This document shows positions 1-8,092 of a stretch of 28,569 nt of DNA, piece by piece (within the stretch, counting starts at the first letter, position 1; the number at the start of each line of letters is the position of its first letter). Under the pieces are notes generated by a model that ran no database searches, was not told where the DNA came from, and saw only the letters and a program-made list of their open reading frames with translations. Position numbers and translations under genes: made by a program. Source of the stretch: an archaeon (lineage in GTDB: Archaea > Aenigmatarchaeota > Aenigmatarchaeia > CG10238-14 > SCSR01); contig SCSR01000092.1 in assembly GCA_004297575.1 (NCBI GenBank), positions 1-28,569 of the forward strand, written 5' to 3'.

Positions 1-45
1 TATAAACTTTAGCATATATGACAATTTTTATTATTATTTTATAAT

Positions 46-62
46 GGGAAAACACATATAAA
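46..62 (+). promoter_or_regulatory. Candidate BRE + TATA box for Sec61beta gene
   Basis: GGGAAAAC followed by ATATAAA (56-62), about 23 nt before the ATG at 85; typical spacing for a leaderless archaeal transcript. Confidence 0.45.
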
Positions 63-84
63 CTTCGCCATCGTATCAATAATT

Positions 85-243
85 ATGGCTGAAGATAAGG
101 TCTACATGCCTTCGGGTGCCGGAGGTCTGGTAAGGTTCGGGGAAGACGATGGGGAAGCTTTCAAGATCAAGCCCAAGCATGTCATGTTTTTCGTCACCGG
201 TATCATAGTTCTGGAGCTTGTGCTGCGATTCCTGCCAAAGTAA
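85..243 (+). CDS. secG: Preprotein translocase subunit Sec61beta (archaeal SecG/SecB-beta)
   Basis: Not in the ORF track; translated by hand as MAEDKVYMPSGAGGLVRFGEDDGEAFKIKPKHVMFFVTGIIVLELVLRFLPK (52 aa). Has the Sec61beta pattern MPSGxGGLVRF...E...KIxPxHV followed by one C-terminal TM helix. Confidence 0.9.
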   Translation: MAEDKVYMPSGAGGLVRFGEDDGEAFKIKPKHVMFFVTGIIVLELVLRFLPK

Positions 244-260
244 AGCTTATACTGAATTCT

Positions 261-275
261 GTCTTAATCTAAGAC
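261..275. repeat. Short inverted repeat GTCTTA-N3-TAAGAC
   Basis: Read directly between the Sec61beta stop and the TTTAAAT box (284-290) upstream of the wHTH gene. Confidence 0.5.
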
Positions 276-319
276 CAAATAGGTTTAAATCTTTTCTGTT
301 GTTATTATAGTTTGATGAT

Positions 320-712
320 ATGAGTTTGTTTTTAGAGGGAGACAAGGAAACAATCAAAAGATATAGAGCCATGGCAGAAACGGATGGTTTAACAATTAGA
401 TTATATTCGGAAGAAGGTAGTTTGCCTATTACAGTGGGTGAAAAAGTTCACAAATCTGCATACAAATCTATCATAAACATGAATCCTACAAGACAAGCAA
501 TCCTAGGAATCATTAATGATGCTGGAAGCCGTGTTAGGCCGAGCGTGATAACAAGAAAAATGGCAGAAATTGACAAACCAATTACCTCAGGCAGACTAAC
601 ATATCATCTTACAAAACTGGTGGCAGAAAATTTCGTAGAAGTAGAACATGTTAGCAGAGCCGAATCATATTATACAATAACAGAAAACGGTCAATATTTA
701 TTTCCAAAATAA
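320..712 (+). CDS. Winged helix-turn-helix (ArsR/PadR/MarR-like) protein, putative transcription regulator
   Basis: C-terminal 75 aa (TRQAILGII...PSVITRKM...SGRLTYHLTKLVAENFVEV...SYYTITENG) fits a wHTH with beta-wing; low GC. Confidence 0.7.
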   Translation: MSLFLEGDKETIKRYRAMAETDGLTIRLYSEEGSLPITVGEKVHKSAYKSIINMNPTRQAILGIINDAGSRVRPSVITRKMAEIDKPITSGRLTYHLTKLVAENFVEVEHVSRAESYYTITENGQYLFPK

Positions 713-734
713 AGGTTGAGCTGCGCATCTTGTT

Positions 735-754
735 CATGTAATACGTATTACATG
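735..754. promoter_or_regulatory. Perfect 20-bp palindrome CATGTAATACGTATTACATG (operator or terminator candidate)
   Basis: The sequence equals its own reverse complement; it lies between the wHTH gene and nth. Function is inferred. Confidence 0.55.
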
Positions 755-807
755 TGCCTATTGACAGCATCATAAAGCTTATTTCGGATTGTACTGATTG
801 TTAATTC

Positions 808-1431
808 ATGGAAGCCATCGACAGGTTCAAGAAAGCCTACCCGCATGAAAGATACTATATGAATTTTTCCAACCCGTTGCAATTGATGGTCTGTACCATA
901 CTGTCTGCGCAGGTGAGGGATGAAGTCGTGAATGCTGCGACACCGAGACTGTTTGCGAGATACAAGACAGCCAAGGATTTCGCGGAGGCTGATCTGGATG
1001 AATTCATCGGATACATCAAGACAATACCATTGCATGGCAACAAGGCGAGGAACATCAAGGCTGCGTGCAAGATTCTCGTGAAGAAATATCATGGCAAGGT
1101 TCCTGAGACGCTTGAAGAACTGGATGAACTGCATGGAATCGGTAGGAAGACTGCCAACGTGATTCTGACAAATGGTTTTGGCAAGGTTTTAGGAGTGGTG
1201 ACCGACACCCATGTCATCCGCATCTCGTACAGGCTAGGATGGACGAAGAACAAAGACCCGGTGAAGATCGAGCAGGACTTGATGAAGCTTGTACCGAAGA
1301 GATACTGGAAAAAGATACCATGGTGGATGAAGGAACATGGTAGGACGATATGCAGGGCGCCTACACCTTACTGCAGCAAATGCTTTCTTGCTGACATATG
1401 CCCGAAGCAGGGCGTTACGAAGAGACTTTAG
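808..1431 (+). CDS. nth: Endonuclease III (HhH-GPD DNA glycosylase/AP lyase with 4Fe-4S loop)
   Basis: ILSAQ motif, HhH LHGIGRKTANV with catalytic Lys, VTDTHVIR with catalytic Asp, C-terminal CRAPTPYCSKCFLADIC iron-sulfur motif. Confidence 0.96.
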   Translation: MEAIDRFKKAYPHERYYMNFSNPLQLMVCTILSAQVRDEVVNAATPRLFARYKTAKDFAEADLDEFIGYIKTIPLHGNKARNIKAACKILVKKYHGKVPETLEELDELHGIGRKTANVILTNGFGKVLGVVTDTHVIRISYRLGWTKNKDPVKIEQDLMKLVPKRYWKKIPWWMKEHGRTICRAPTPYCSKCFLADICPKQGVTKRL

Positions 1432-1483
1432 TTTTGTTACTTTACATACAAACTCTTAAATCTTCACTATAGAATCATTTAAC

Positions 1484-2134
1484 ATGAATTTAGATGGAAT
1501 AAGTAAATTGTTGGGGTTAGATCTCGCTGTACCTCCAAAATTAGTGATTGTAGATGGGTTGAGTAGAGAGAATAGTAAACAAGTTAGACAAATAGTTGAT
1601 ACAGCAACAAAAGGAGTTTCACTCTATTGTTGTGATCCTGGAGAAAGTATATACGATTTGCCAAATATCAGAGGTAGACAGCCAAGAAAATCTGGTATTA
1701 AAACATATGAAGAACTACAAGAACAATTCTATCAATTGGCAGAAAGTGCTAGAACAAAACTCGATATAACCTCTCCTCGATTTGTTTTACATCAAACATG
1801 GGTAAGCGAGGATGTAGAATATTCTGGGATGGCATTAAAAAATCATATCCCTGGAGAATATGTCATTGATGCTGTAAGGGGTAATATTAAAAGTGGTGAT
1901 TTTAGTCCTGATTATACTTTGAATATTCCTATATTCGATAATCAAAGAATGTTCATAAGTGAAAAGTTGGGAGGAGGTGTTCCTACATTAATTCCACATA
2001 GTGATGCTATAGGGATTCTGAATGATTTGGATCAACTCGATTCTCCGCAAGGCTATAATGAGATAGTTCTTGAATTCGTTTTTCACAAGGCATATGGGAA
2101 ATTCTATAAAGATTTGTATTTAGTGAAAATGTAA
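1484..2134 (+). CDS. Stand-alone PEP synthase/PPDK N-terminal (ATP-grasp)-like protein
   Basis: LGLDLAVPPKLVI resembles GLPVPPGFVI; VLHQTW..YSGMAL..EYVIDAVRG..SGDFSPDYTL resembles VVVQxM..SGVAFT..VIEAxxG..SGxxxPDxY; C-terminal IVLEFVF resembles IEWA. No His-swivel or TIM-barrel domain. Low GC. Confidence 0.5.
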   Translation: MNLDGISKLLGLDLAVPPKLVIVDGLSRENSKQVRQIVDTATKGVSLYCCDPGESIYDLPNIRGRQPRKSGIKTYEELQEQFYQLAESARTKLDITSPRFVLHQTWVSEDVEYSGMALKNHIPGEYVIDAVRGNIKSGDFSPDYTLNIPIFDNQRMFISEKLGGGVPTLIPHSDAIGILNDLDQLDSPQGYNEIVLEFVFHKAYGKFYKDLYLVKM

Positions 2135-2210
2135 AATTGCATACGACATGTTTAAAAAGTCAAATTTATTACATCCAAGCTTAAATGTTTAATCAATAAA
2201 TGTTTGTATA

Positions 2211-3017
2211 ATGACTTCTTACCCAACTGATTCATTGTTCCCTAATAAAAGAACTGGAATAATACCTGCGTTGGACATAAGCTTGGTTTACGATAATCCA
2301 AGATTTGAACATGTTGTTACAAGTACGGCAGATATTCCTGGGGTGATTGGTTACAAGTTAAGTGGTTTATACTCTATTAGAAGAGGCTTGGAAGAAACTG
2401 TATCTACTTTAACAAATGCCATAGATTCACTGAACAAAAATCTTAGTAGAAGACATAAGAAAATCCTCGACTATCAAAAACTAGGAGGTGACGGTGGAAC
2501 TTTCATGAAAGGTATGATAAAAGATATATACGACTTAGTAGACGGAATTATAATTTTCCCATGGGCTGGTCCACTTGGACAAAAAGCTGTTGTAGAAGAA
2601 ATCAGAAAAAACAACAAAGTACCCATAGCTGGGGGAAAGGTCACATTTATAGGTGCACCAGAGTCTGAAGGTGGTCACATTCCTGAATCTGCGATAACCA
2701 GAATGTATTTGAACTCTATTTTGTTAGACGTACCTAATTTTGTCTTGCCTGCAAGCCGACCTGAAGACTGCCAGCAATATAAATCGGTTTTAGGAAAGAT
2801 GGCGAAAGAGGCTGATCTAAATTTAAGTTTCTATCCGACAGGATTAGGAAAGGATCAGCAAGGCGGCGACTTGATTAAAACATACGATATCTTACATCCA
2901 ATCAATACTTATTTCATTCTTGGCAGGGAAGTAGCAGAATCTCCTAATCCAAGAGAGACTGCTACTAGATTGACTGAAGCGTTATTACAACATGATAAGG
3001 AATTGGTTAAATCATGA
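2211..3017 (+). CDS. pyrF: Orotidine 5'-phosphate decarboxylase, divergent
   Basis: IIPALD, IGYKL, DYQKLGGD (DxxKxxxD variant of the catalytic motif), IIIFPWAGP, FVLPASRPE, PTGLG..QGGD, ILGREVAESPNPRE; directly upstream of a PyrE-like gene. Confidence 0.82.
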   Translation: MTSYPTDSLFPNKRTGIIPALDISLVYDNPRFEHVVTSTADIPGVIGYKLSGLYSIRRGLEETVSTLTNAIDSLNKNLSRRHKKILDYQKLGGDGGTFMKGMIKDIYDLVDGIIIFPWAGPLGQKAVVEEIRKNNKVPIAGGKVTFIGAPESEGGHIPESAITRMYLNSILLDVPNFVLPASRPEDCQQYKSVLGKMAKEADLNLSFYPTGLGKDQQGGDLIKTYDILHPINTYFILGREVAESPNPRETATRLTEALLQHDKELVKS

Positions 3018-3892
3018 ATTGGCAACGAGAGAAAGAACAACTTGGTAAAGAATTAGTTAGACTTGCATATCAGTGTAATTGTATTGAGACTGTTTTTAAC
3101 ACAAAAGACCCAGAAAAAAGGAAAAATGGTTGGATATTGAAAAATGGTACAAATAGTATATATCTCATCAATATGAGAAATGCCGGAAATTCAGCTGAGT
3201 TTACTTCGAAATTAGGATATGCTATGGGCAGAACCATAGAAGAGGAATTTAGTGGATATAATCCTGACAAAGACGTTTTGATAGGTGTGGATATGGCAGG
3301 AATACCAATAGCTTCTGCAATTTCAACAGCAATGTATATCAAAACAGACGGCAGAGTTAGGATAAAGTGGGGATATACCAGACCTCTTCCTGGAGAGAAA
3401 ATAAGAACAGTTGATGATGCTATAAAATCTCTTGCTGAACTGAAACAAAAGAAACTTAGCCTTGGAGAATGGGGCTCTCATAATTTGATTGAGGGGGAAC
3501 TTTTGGACGGATGCAATGCGATTATATGTGACGATATGGTTACAGATTCAGCAAGCAAACTGATAGCAAGAGAGATAATAAAGTACGAAGCTGAAAGACG
3601 TGACATAAATGTTCAGTGCAGTAAAATAATAGTGGGTACAAATAGGGAACAAGGTGCTGACGAAGCCGTAAAGAAAGAAGGCATGGAATTGCATTATGTT
3701 GTGCCAATGAAATCTAAGGGCATTGCTTGGCTTGAAGATGTTATGTCACGGGAAGAATACGAACATATGAAAAATTTTGTAAATAATCCTGGATTGTATC
3801 AGGATATTGGAAGAGATCCTACAAAAGATAAGAAGAAAGGACAAAGCTCTCCATTAATGCAGGAAACTCTAGAACTAGCACGAAGATTATGA
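3014..3892 (+). CDS. pyrE: Orotate phosphoribosyltransferase, divergent and long form
   Basis: LKNGTNSIYLINMRN (cf. LKSGxxSPYYxDxR), GVDMAGIPIASAIS, PRPP-binding IICDDMVTDSASK, NREQG; ATGA overlap with pyrF. Confidence 0.82.
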   Translation: MNWQREKEQLGKELVRLAYQCNCIETVFNTKDPEKRKNGWILKNGTNSIYLINMRNAGNSAEFTSKLGYAMGRTIEEEFSGYNPDKDVLIGVDMAGIPIASAISTAMYIKTDGRVRIKWGYTRPLPGEKIRTVDDAIKSLAELKQKKLSLGEWGSHNLIEGELLDGCNAIICDDMVTDSASKLIAREIIKYEAERRDINVQCSKIIVGTNREQGADEAVKKEGMELHYVVPMKSKGIAWLEDVMSREEYEHMKNFVNNPGLYQDIGRDPTKDKKKGQSSPLMQETLELARRL

Positions 3893-3894
3893 AT

Positions 3895-4953
3895 TTATTG
3901 GAAGTTTGGATGAGCACAGAACTTATCGAAATAAGATATTGGGTCTGTTTTGTAACCTTTTATTTCATTAAACACACTACTTTTCAAAAACTGATCTACC
4001 GTAACATTCGAAAAATTATCATCACGCAATGTGCAAAGACATAAGACAGGTTCATTTGTTGTATCGTAAACTCTTATCGAGGAAAGGGACTTGACACAAT
4101 TACTTTCATCGCATAATTTACAGACTTCTTGAGGTCGATAATTTTTATTGAAGACTTTTACATGCATTTCCCTACCATTGGGATCTTCAAACTCACAAGA
4201 CTCAGTTGCACCAGGGACTTTTATTATAACTTTCTTAGGTTCCATTTTCAATGCATCTAGCAATTTTTTTGTATTGTCTGTAGATTCCGATATACGCAAT
4301 GAAGATCTATCCCTTTGTACCCTTGGTTTAACTTCATTGTTCCAGCACCAGTCTATGAAACCTGCTGTATTTTCGATATCTGAAAATGGTGACATTATAA
4401 TGTTTGTTTTTATAACAAGTTCATGGTATCTGGAACGTAAATGGGAAATATTCTCAAGAGTATTCCCTATCCTAGCTTCATCAGGTCTTTGATAGACAAG
4501 CAATTGTGACCTTTGTTCTCCTGAATCTAATGGTACATAGCTAAATGTTAGTTCACTTATCAAACCCCTGTCTATCAATCTAACTATAGGTTTCGTGTAA
4601 ACAAGATTTGAACACATGTTGATAGAATAACTTTCATCCTGACAAAGCTCTCCTATCTCTGACAGATGCTTTGCAATACCTGGTTCTCCACCTGTCAAGT
4701 GCGCAATATCATAATTTAGATTTCTCCTCATTTCTTTGAGCAATTTCCTTAATTCGTATCTGGGTTCCATCTCAACAAATCTTTCCGAATGAACTTCTGG
4801 ACTGTAAAAATCTTTCACCTTATATGCACAGAATTCACATGCCAAATTACAATTACCTGTTAGGACAAGTCTCAAGCTTCTCTCCTCATCTAACACAACC
4901 TCGTCAAATTGACCTACTGGTGTCGCATAAGGTCGTCTTAATTTCAATGTCAT
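3895..4953 (-). CDS. Radical SAM protein, MoaA (GTP 3',8-cyclase)-like
   Basis: LRLVLTGNCNLACEFC (CxxxCxxC), HLTGGEP, IKTNII, and a C-terminal Cys cluster CKLC...C...IRV...LCLCTLRDDN resembling the MoaA twitch region. Substrate unknown, so no symbol given. Confidence 0.8.
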   Translation of the reverse strand: MTLKLRRPYATPVGQFDEVVLDEERSLRLVLTGNCNLACEFCAYKVKDFYSPEVHSERFVEMEPRYELRKLLKEMRRNLNYDIAHLTGGEPGIAKHLSEIGELCQDESYSINMCSNLVYTKPIVRLIDRGLISELTFSYVPLDSGEQRSQLLVYQRPDEARIGNTLENISHLRSRYHELVIKTNIIMSPFSDIENTAGFIDWCWNNEVKPRVQRDRSSLRISESTDNTKKLLDALKMEPKKVIIKVPGATESCEFEDPNGREMHVKVFNKNYRPQEVCKLCDESNCVKSLSSIRVYDTTNEPVLCLCTLRDDNFSNVTVDQFLKSSVFNEIKGYKTDPISYFDKFCAHPNFQ

Positions 4954-5035
4954 TACTTTGAAAGTAGTGTGTTAAACTTAAATCCGTTATACCATATGTA
5001 AGCTGCGCTTGAGCATATTAATCAACTGTAATGCA

Positions 5036-5992
5036 TTAACCCTTCCCGACAAGCATGAACTGCGCGAGCAATGCTTCCAACTGTATCAATTCATTCCCGC
5101 CCTCAGAAATCCTGAACTCAAACTCACCGCACCTATCGATGAGCTTCATCTTGTTCTCCTCTGAGATATTTAGCGAATAAATCTGCTTGTGGATTTCCGA
5201 GATGATGTCAACACCAGACAATCCCTGCGCCAACAGTAATTCCTGCAGCTTCTTCCTCGCTTCAGAAAACTTGCCATCAACCGCCAGCTGTATCATCTCC
5301 TTCACATCAGTCGGCTTGGCTTTGCTAGTAATGTCATATACAACATCTTCAGTAATCTTCCCACCCAGTGAAGCTGCGGATTGCAAGTAATTCGCAACCT
5401 TCCTCATGTCGCCTTCCGAAGAATAAATTATCGCGTCAATTGCTTTGGCATCGATCTTCAATTTCTCCCCTTCAACAATCCTTTCCACGAATTTCTTAAT
5501 GTCGTCATCGGTCAAAGGCTTGAAACGGAACACCGCGCATCTTGACTGTATCGGCTCGATTATCTTCGAAGACCAGTTGCAGATGAGCATGAAACGTGTG
5601 ACAGAACTGTAATTCTCAATGATTCTCCTCAACGCCTGCTGCGCTTCCGGTGTCAGCGAGTCAGCTTCATCCAAAATTATGATCTTGAATGGCACGCTTC
5701 CCATCGGCATGGTCCTTGCAAAATCCTTTATCTTCCCCCTAACATCATCAATCTTCCTCTCATCGCTTGCGTTCATCTCCAGCACATTCTGCTTCCATTC
5801 CTTGCCATAAAGTTCGTGCGCAATCGTCAACGCCAGGCTCGTCTTTCCTGTACCAGCAGGTCCTGCGAAGAGCATATGCGGAACATTCTTGTCCTTCACA
5901 AATGCCTTGACTCGTTCTACAACATGCTTTTGGTCGATTACATCAGAGAATTTGAGCGGCCTGTACTTTTCAGTCCATATCTGAAGTTCCAT
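5036..5992 (-). CDS. rfcS: Replication factor C small subunit
   Basis: WTEKYRP, Walker A GPAGTGKT, LEMNASDER, Walker B IILDEAD, SRC motif, GDMR, QLEALLAQF. Start taken at the ATG (5992); an in-frame GTG lies at 5998. No intein. Confidence 0.97.
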   Translation of the reverse strand: MELQIWTEKYRPLKFSDVIDQKHVVERVKAFVKDKNVPHMLFAGPAGTGKTSLALTIAHELYGKEWKQNVLEMNASDERKIDDVRGKIKDFARTMPMGSVPFKIIILDEADSLTPEAQQALRRIIENYSSVTRFMLICNWSSKIIEPIQSRCAVFRFKPLTDDDIKKFVERIVEGEKLKIDAKAIDAIIYSSEGDMRKVANYLQSAASLGGKITEDVVYDITSKAKPTDVKEMIQLAVDGKFSEARKKLQELLLAQGLSGVDIISEIHKQIYSLNISEENKMKLIDRCGEFEFRISEGGNELIQLEALLAQFMLVGKG

Positions 5993-6025
5993 ATCCACTT
6001 AATAGAAAGGCAGGTATTTTAAGGT

Positions 6026-7291
6026 TTATCCGATAACAGCAGTCCCGCCCGAATGCCACGATATCCTCGGCCGGATGTTGACAGTGAAAATCTTCTCAAG
6101 GTTATCGTCCAGTATCACAGCAGCCCCAGGCATCCTAGGCAAGTCACCGATTACTTTTTCCAGTTTCTCCTGCATGTAAGTCTGCATCACTGCGTGCAAT
6201 GCATTCAAATCATCACGTGAAGTGAGGCGGAATGAAATTACGATATCGGTCTGTGATAGGACTTCCTGATGGACCTTGTTAGGCATCTGCGTGATAACAA
6301 CCAAACTCACTCCTGGTTCCCTCCCCTGTTTTGCAATTATCTTGATTGGCTCTGATGACGCAGTCTGCTTGTCGCTAGGGATGAAATTGTGCGCTTCCTC
6401 AAAAACCAGCCATGTCAACGGGAAGACACTCTTAGGTTCCCTGTTCTCTACTTTCGCAAGTTCCTCTTCCTTCCTTGCAATCACACGATTATCATATACC
6501 TGTTTGGTCACCCATGCTGCCAGAAGATTCCTCACACCCCACGATTCTCCAGCAACACGCGACAAATCAATAACAGATAACTCACCTGGCTTGACAATAT
6601 CCTTAATCGTCATTCCTGTCTCCGAAAATATTCCCCACGATTTTGAAACTTCGAGGAAGTTCGACAAAACATTCTTCACATGCTGCGATGCTTGCGGGTC
6701 GTCATTAATCTTGCTCATCAAATCATCCAGTCCAAAACTGCCGCCCTCCATTAAATGGTTGAAACTTTTCTCAAGCGTGATTGCAAACTCCCCAGTCCTT
6801 TCCAGGTTGAAAGCAAGCGCCCAGTCATCCGGCTTGAACTCGCGCACAGAAAGATTGATGGTCTGGTCCACAGGTATGCCAGCCTTCTCATACGATTCCT
6901 TCAATCCTTCAGGTACATAGACTTTGACGTTTGAGTAGCCTTTCGGCTCCATGCCCCACTTGGTGAGCAATTGCACCTGCTGTTCGTTAGGGATTTTCAT
7001 GCTCCAGTAAATGCCAACAGGGTCGAACACCACTGCTGCAGTCTTGCTTGCATACTGCTCCGACAATTGCAACAGTTCTTCCAACACAACTGCAATCGAG
7101 TATGACTTGCCTGAACCTCTCTTTCCCGAACACAATATCACATGCGGCTTGAGCAAATCAATCTTTACTGGCGTAGTCAAGTGCGCATCCTCTCCTGTGC
7201 CGACGATATGCTTGCCGATGTATCCGCACGCAGTTGTGCCGAACTTTTCCAGATCCTCCCGTGTCCTGCCGACTATAGTCTCATACGCCAT
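6026..7291 (-). CDS. HerA/FtsK-family (DUF87) ATPase
   Basis: HVILCSGKRGSGKS Walker A, VFEEAHNF Walker B, KQGREPG arginine-finger region, ITQMP and LSQTD motifs; no N-terminal HAS barrel apparent. Confidence 0.88.
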   Translation of the reverse strand: MAYETIVGRTREDLEKFGTTACGYIGKHIVGTGEDAHLTTPVKIDLLKPHVILCSGKRGSGKSYSIAVVLEELLQLSEQYASKTAAVVFDPVGIYWSMKIPNEQQVQLLTKWGMEPKGYSNVKVYVPEGLKESYEKAGIPVDQTINLSVREFKPDDWALAFNLERTGEFAITLEKSFNHLMEGGSFGLDDLMSKINDDPQASQHVKNVLSNFLEVSKSWGIFSETGMTIKDIVKPGELSVIDLSRVAGESWGVRNLLAAWVTKQVYDNRVIARKEEELAKVENREPKSVFPLTWLVFEEAHNFIPSDKQTASSEPIKIIAKQGREPGVSLVVITQMPNKVHQEVLSQTDIVISFRLTSRDDLNALHAVMQTYMQEKLEKVIGDLPRMPGAAVILDDNLEKIFTVNIRPRISWHSGGTAVIG

Positions 7292-7327
7292 TGGTTTAAA
7301 TTTGGGGTCTGTATCAAATAATACTGA

Positions 7328-7402
7328 GGGGTGATCGTCTAGCTTGGTCTAGGATACGTCCTTGGGGTGGACGCGACCCGAGTTCAAATCTCGGTCACCC
7401 CA
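7328..7402 (+). tRNA. tRNA-Pro(GGG)
   Basis: Acceptor GGGGTGA/TCACCCC + A73; anticodon arm CGTCC-TTGGGGT-GGACG; T arm CCGAG-TTCAAAT-CTCGG; no intron; full CCA not encoded (followed by CCT). Confidence 0.96.
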
Positions 7403-7432
7403 CCTTTTATATCTTTAACGTGAATTAATTTT

Positions 7433-8092
7433 ATGATATCCGTCATCATCCCGACAAAGGAAGAGCCAGGAATCCAAAGCTTGATAGACAAGATAAACGA
7501 GCTGGTAAAGCAACCGCATGAAATAATAATTGTTGATGACAGCGCATCGCAGCCAAGTGTCAATGGCGCGCGTGTGATAAAACAGCAGTCCCATGGTCTT
7601 GGGAACGCCGTCATGGAAGGTGTACAGCAGTCTAGCGGAGATGTCATTCTCACCATGGATGGTGATGGCTCGCACAGACCTGAGGATATACACAAGCTGA
7701 TATCTGCACTGAACAGCAGCGATGTCGTTATAGGCTCAAGGTTTGCAAGGGATGGCATGACGTTTGATGTCACTCACAGGAAATTAGCTAGCTTTTTATT
7801 CAGAAAGTTCTCATCATCCGTGCTTGATATGGGAATAGAAGACCCCATGTCAGGATTCTGCGCGTTCAAGAAAAATGTCCTGGGAAAAGTAAAGCTCAAG
7901 CCTTTAGGGATGAAGATAATTCTCGAACTGGCATACAAGGCGAAGAGGGCGGGGTACACATGCAAAGAAGTTCCGATAACTTTTGAGAGAAGGGCATATG
8001 GCAAGTCGAAATCTGGTGCAAGTGTCGGCGGCATTGCTGAGAGCTTGAGAATCATCACGCTTGTTTTCGAGCTGAAACTAGGATTGAGATGA
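7433..8092 (+). CDS. Family 2 glycosyltransferase, dolichol-phosphate mannosyltransferase (DPM1)-like
   Basis: ISVIIPTKEE, IIIVDDS, GLGNAV, MDGDGSH (DxD), VIGSRF, DPMSGF, EVPITFERRAYGKSK. Confidence 0.92.
   Translation: MISVIIPTKEEPGIQSLIDKINELVKQPHEIIIVDDSASQPSVNGARVIKQQSHGLGNAVMEGVQQSSGDVILTMDGDGSHRPEDIHKLISALNSSDVVIGSRFARDGMTFDVTHRKLASFLFRKFSSSVLDMGIEDPMSGFCAFKKNVLGKVKLKPLGMKIILELAYKAKRAGYTCKEVPITFERRAYGKSKSGASVGGIAESLRIITLVFELKLGLR

Noticed and set aside
3895-4953. Calling the radical SAM gene a viperin or true moaA
   Set aside because: It lacks the viperin NxHxxxxCNxxCxFCF pattern and differs from MoaA at several GTP-binding positions; left as MoaA-like.
3971-4973. 13-bp inverted match AACACACTACTTT (3971-3983) / AAAGTAGTGTGTT (4961-4973) around most of the radical SAM gene, suggesting an invertible or mobile segment
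   Set aside because: One copy is inside the coding sequence, and several 13-mer matches are expected by chance in 28 kb of partly AT-rich DNA; no recombinase nearby.
5036-5998. Intein in RFC small subunit (common in archaea)
   Set aside because: Length is normal (about 320 aa) and the Walker motifs are uninterrupted.
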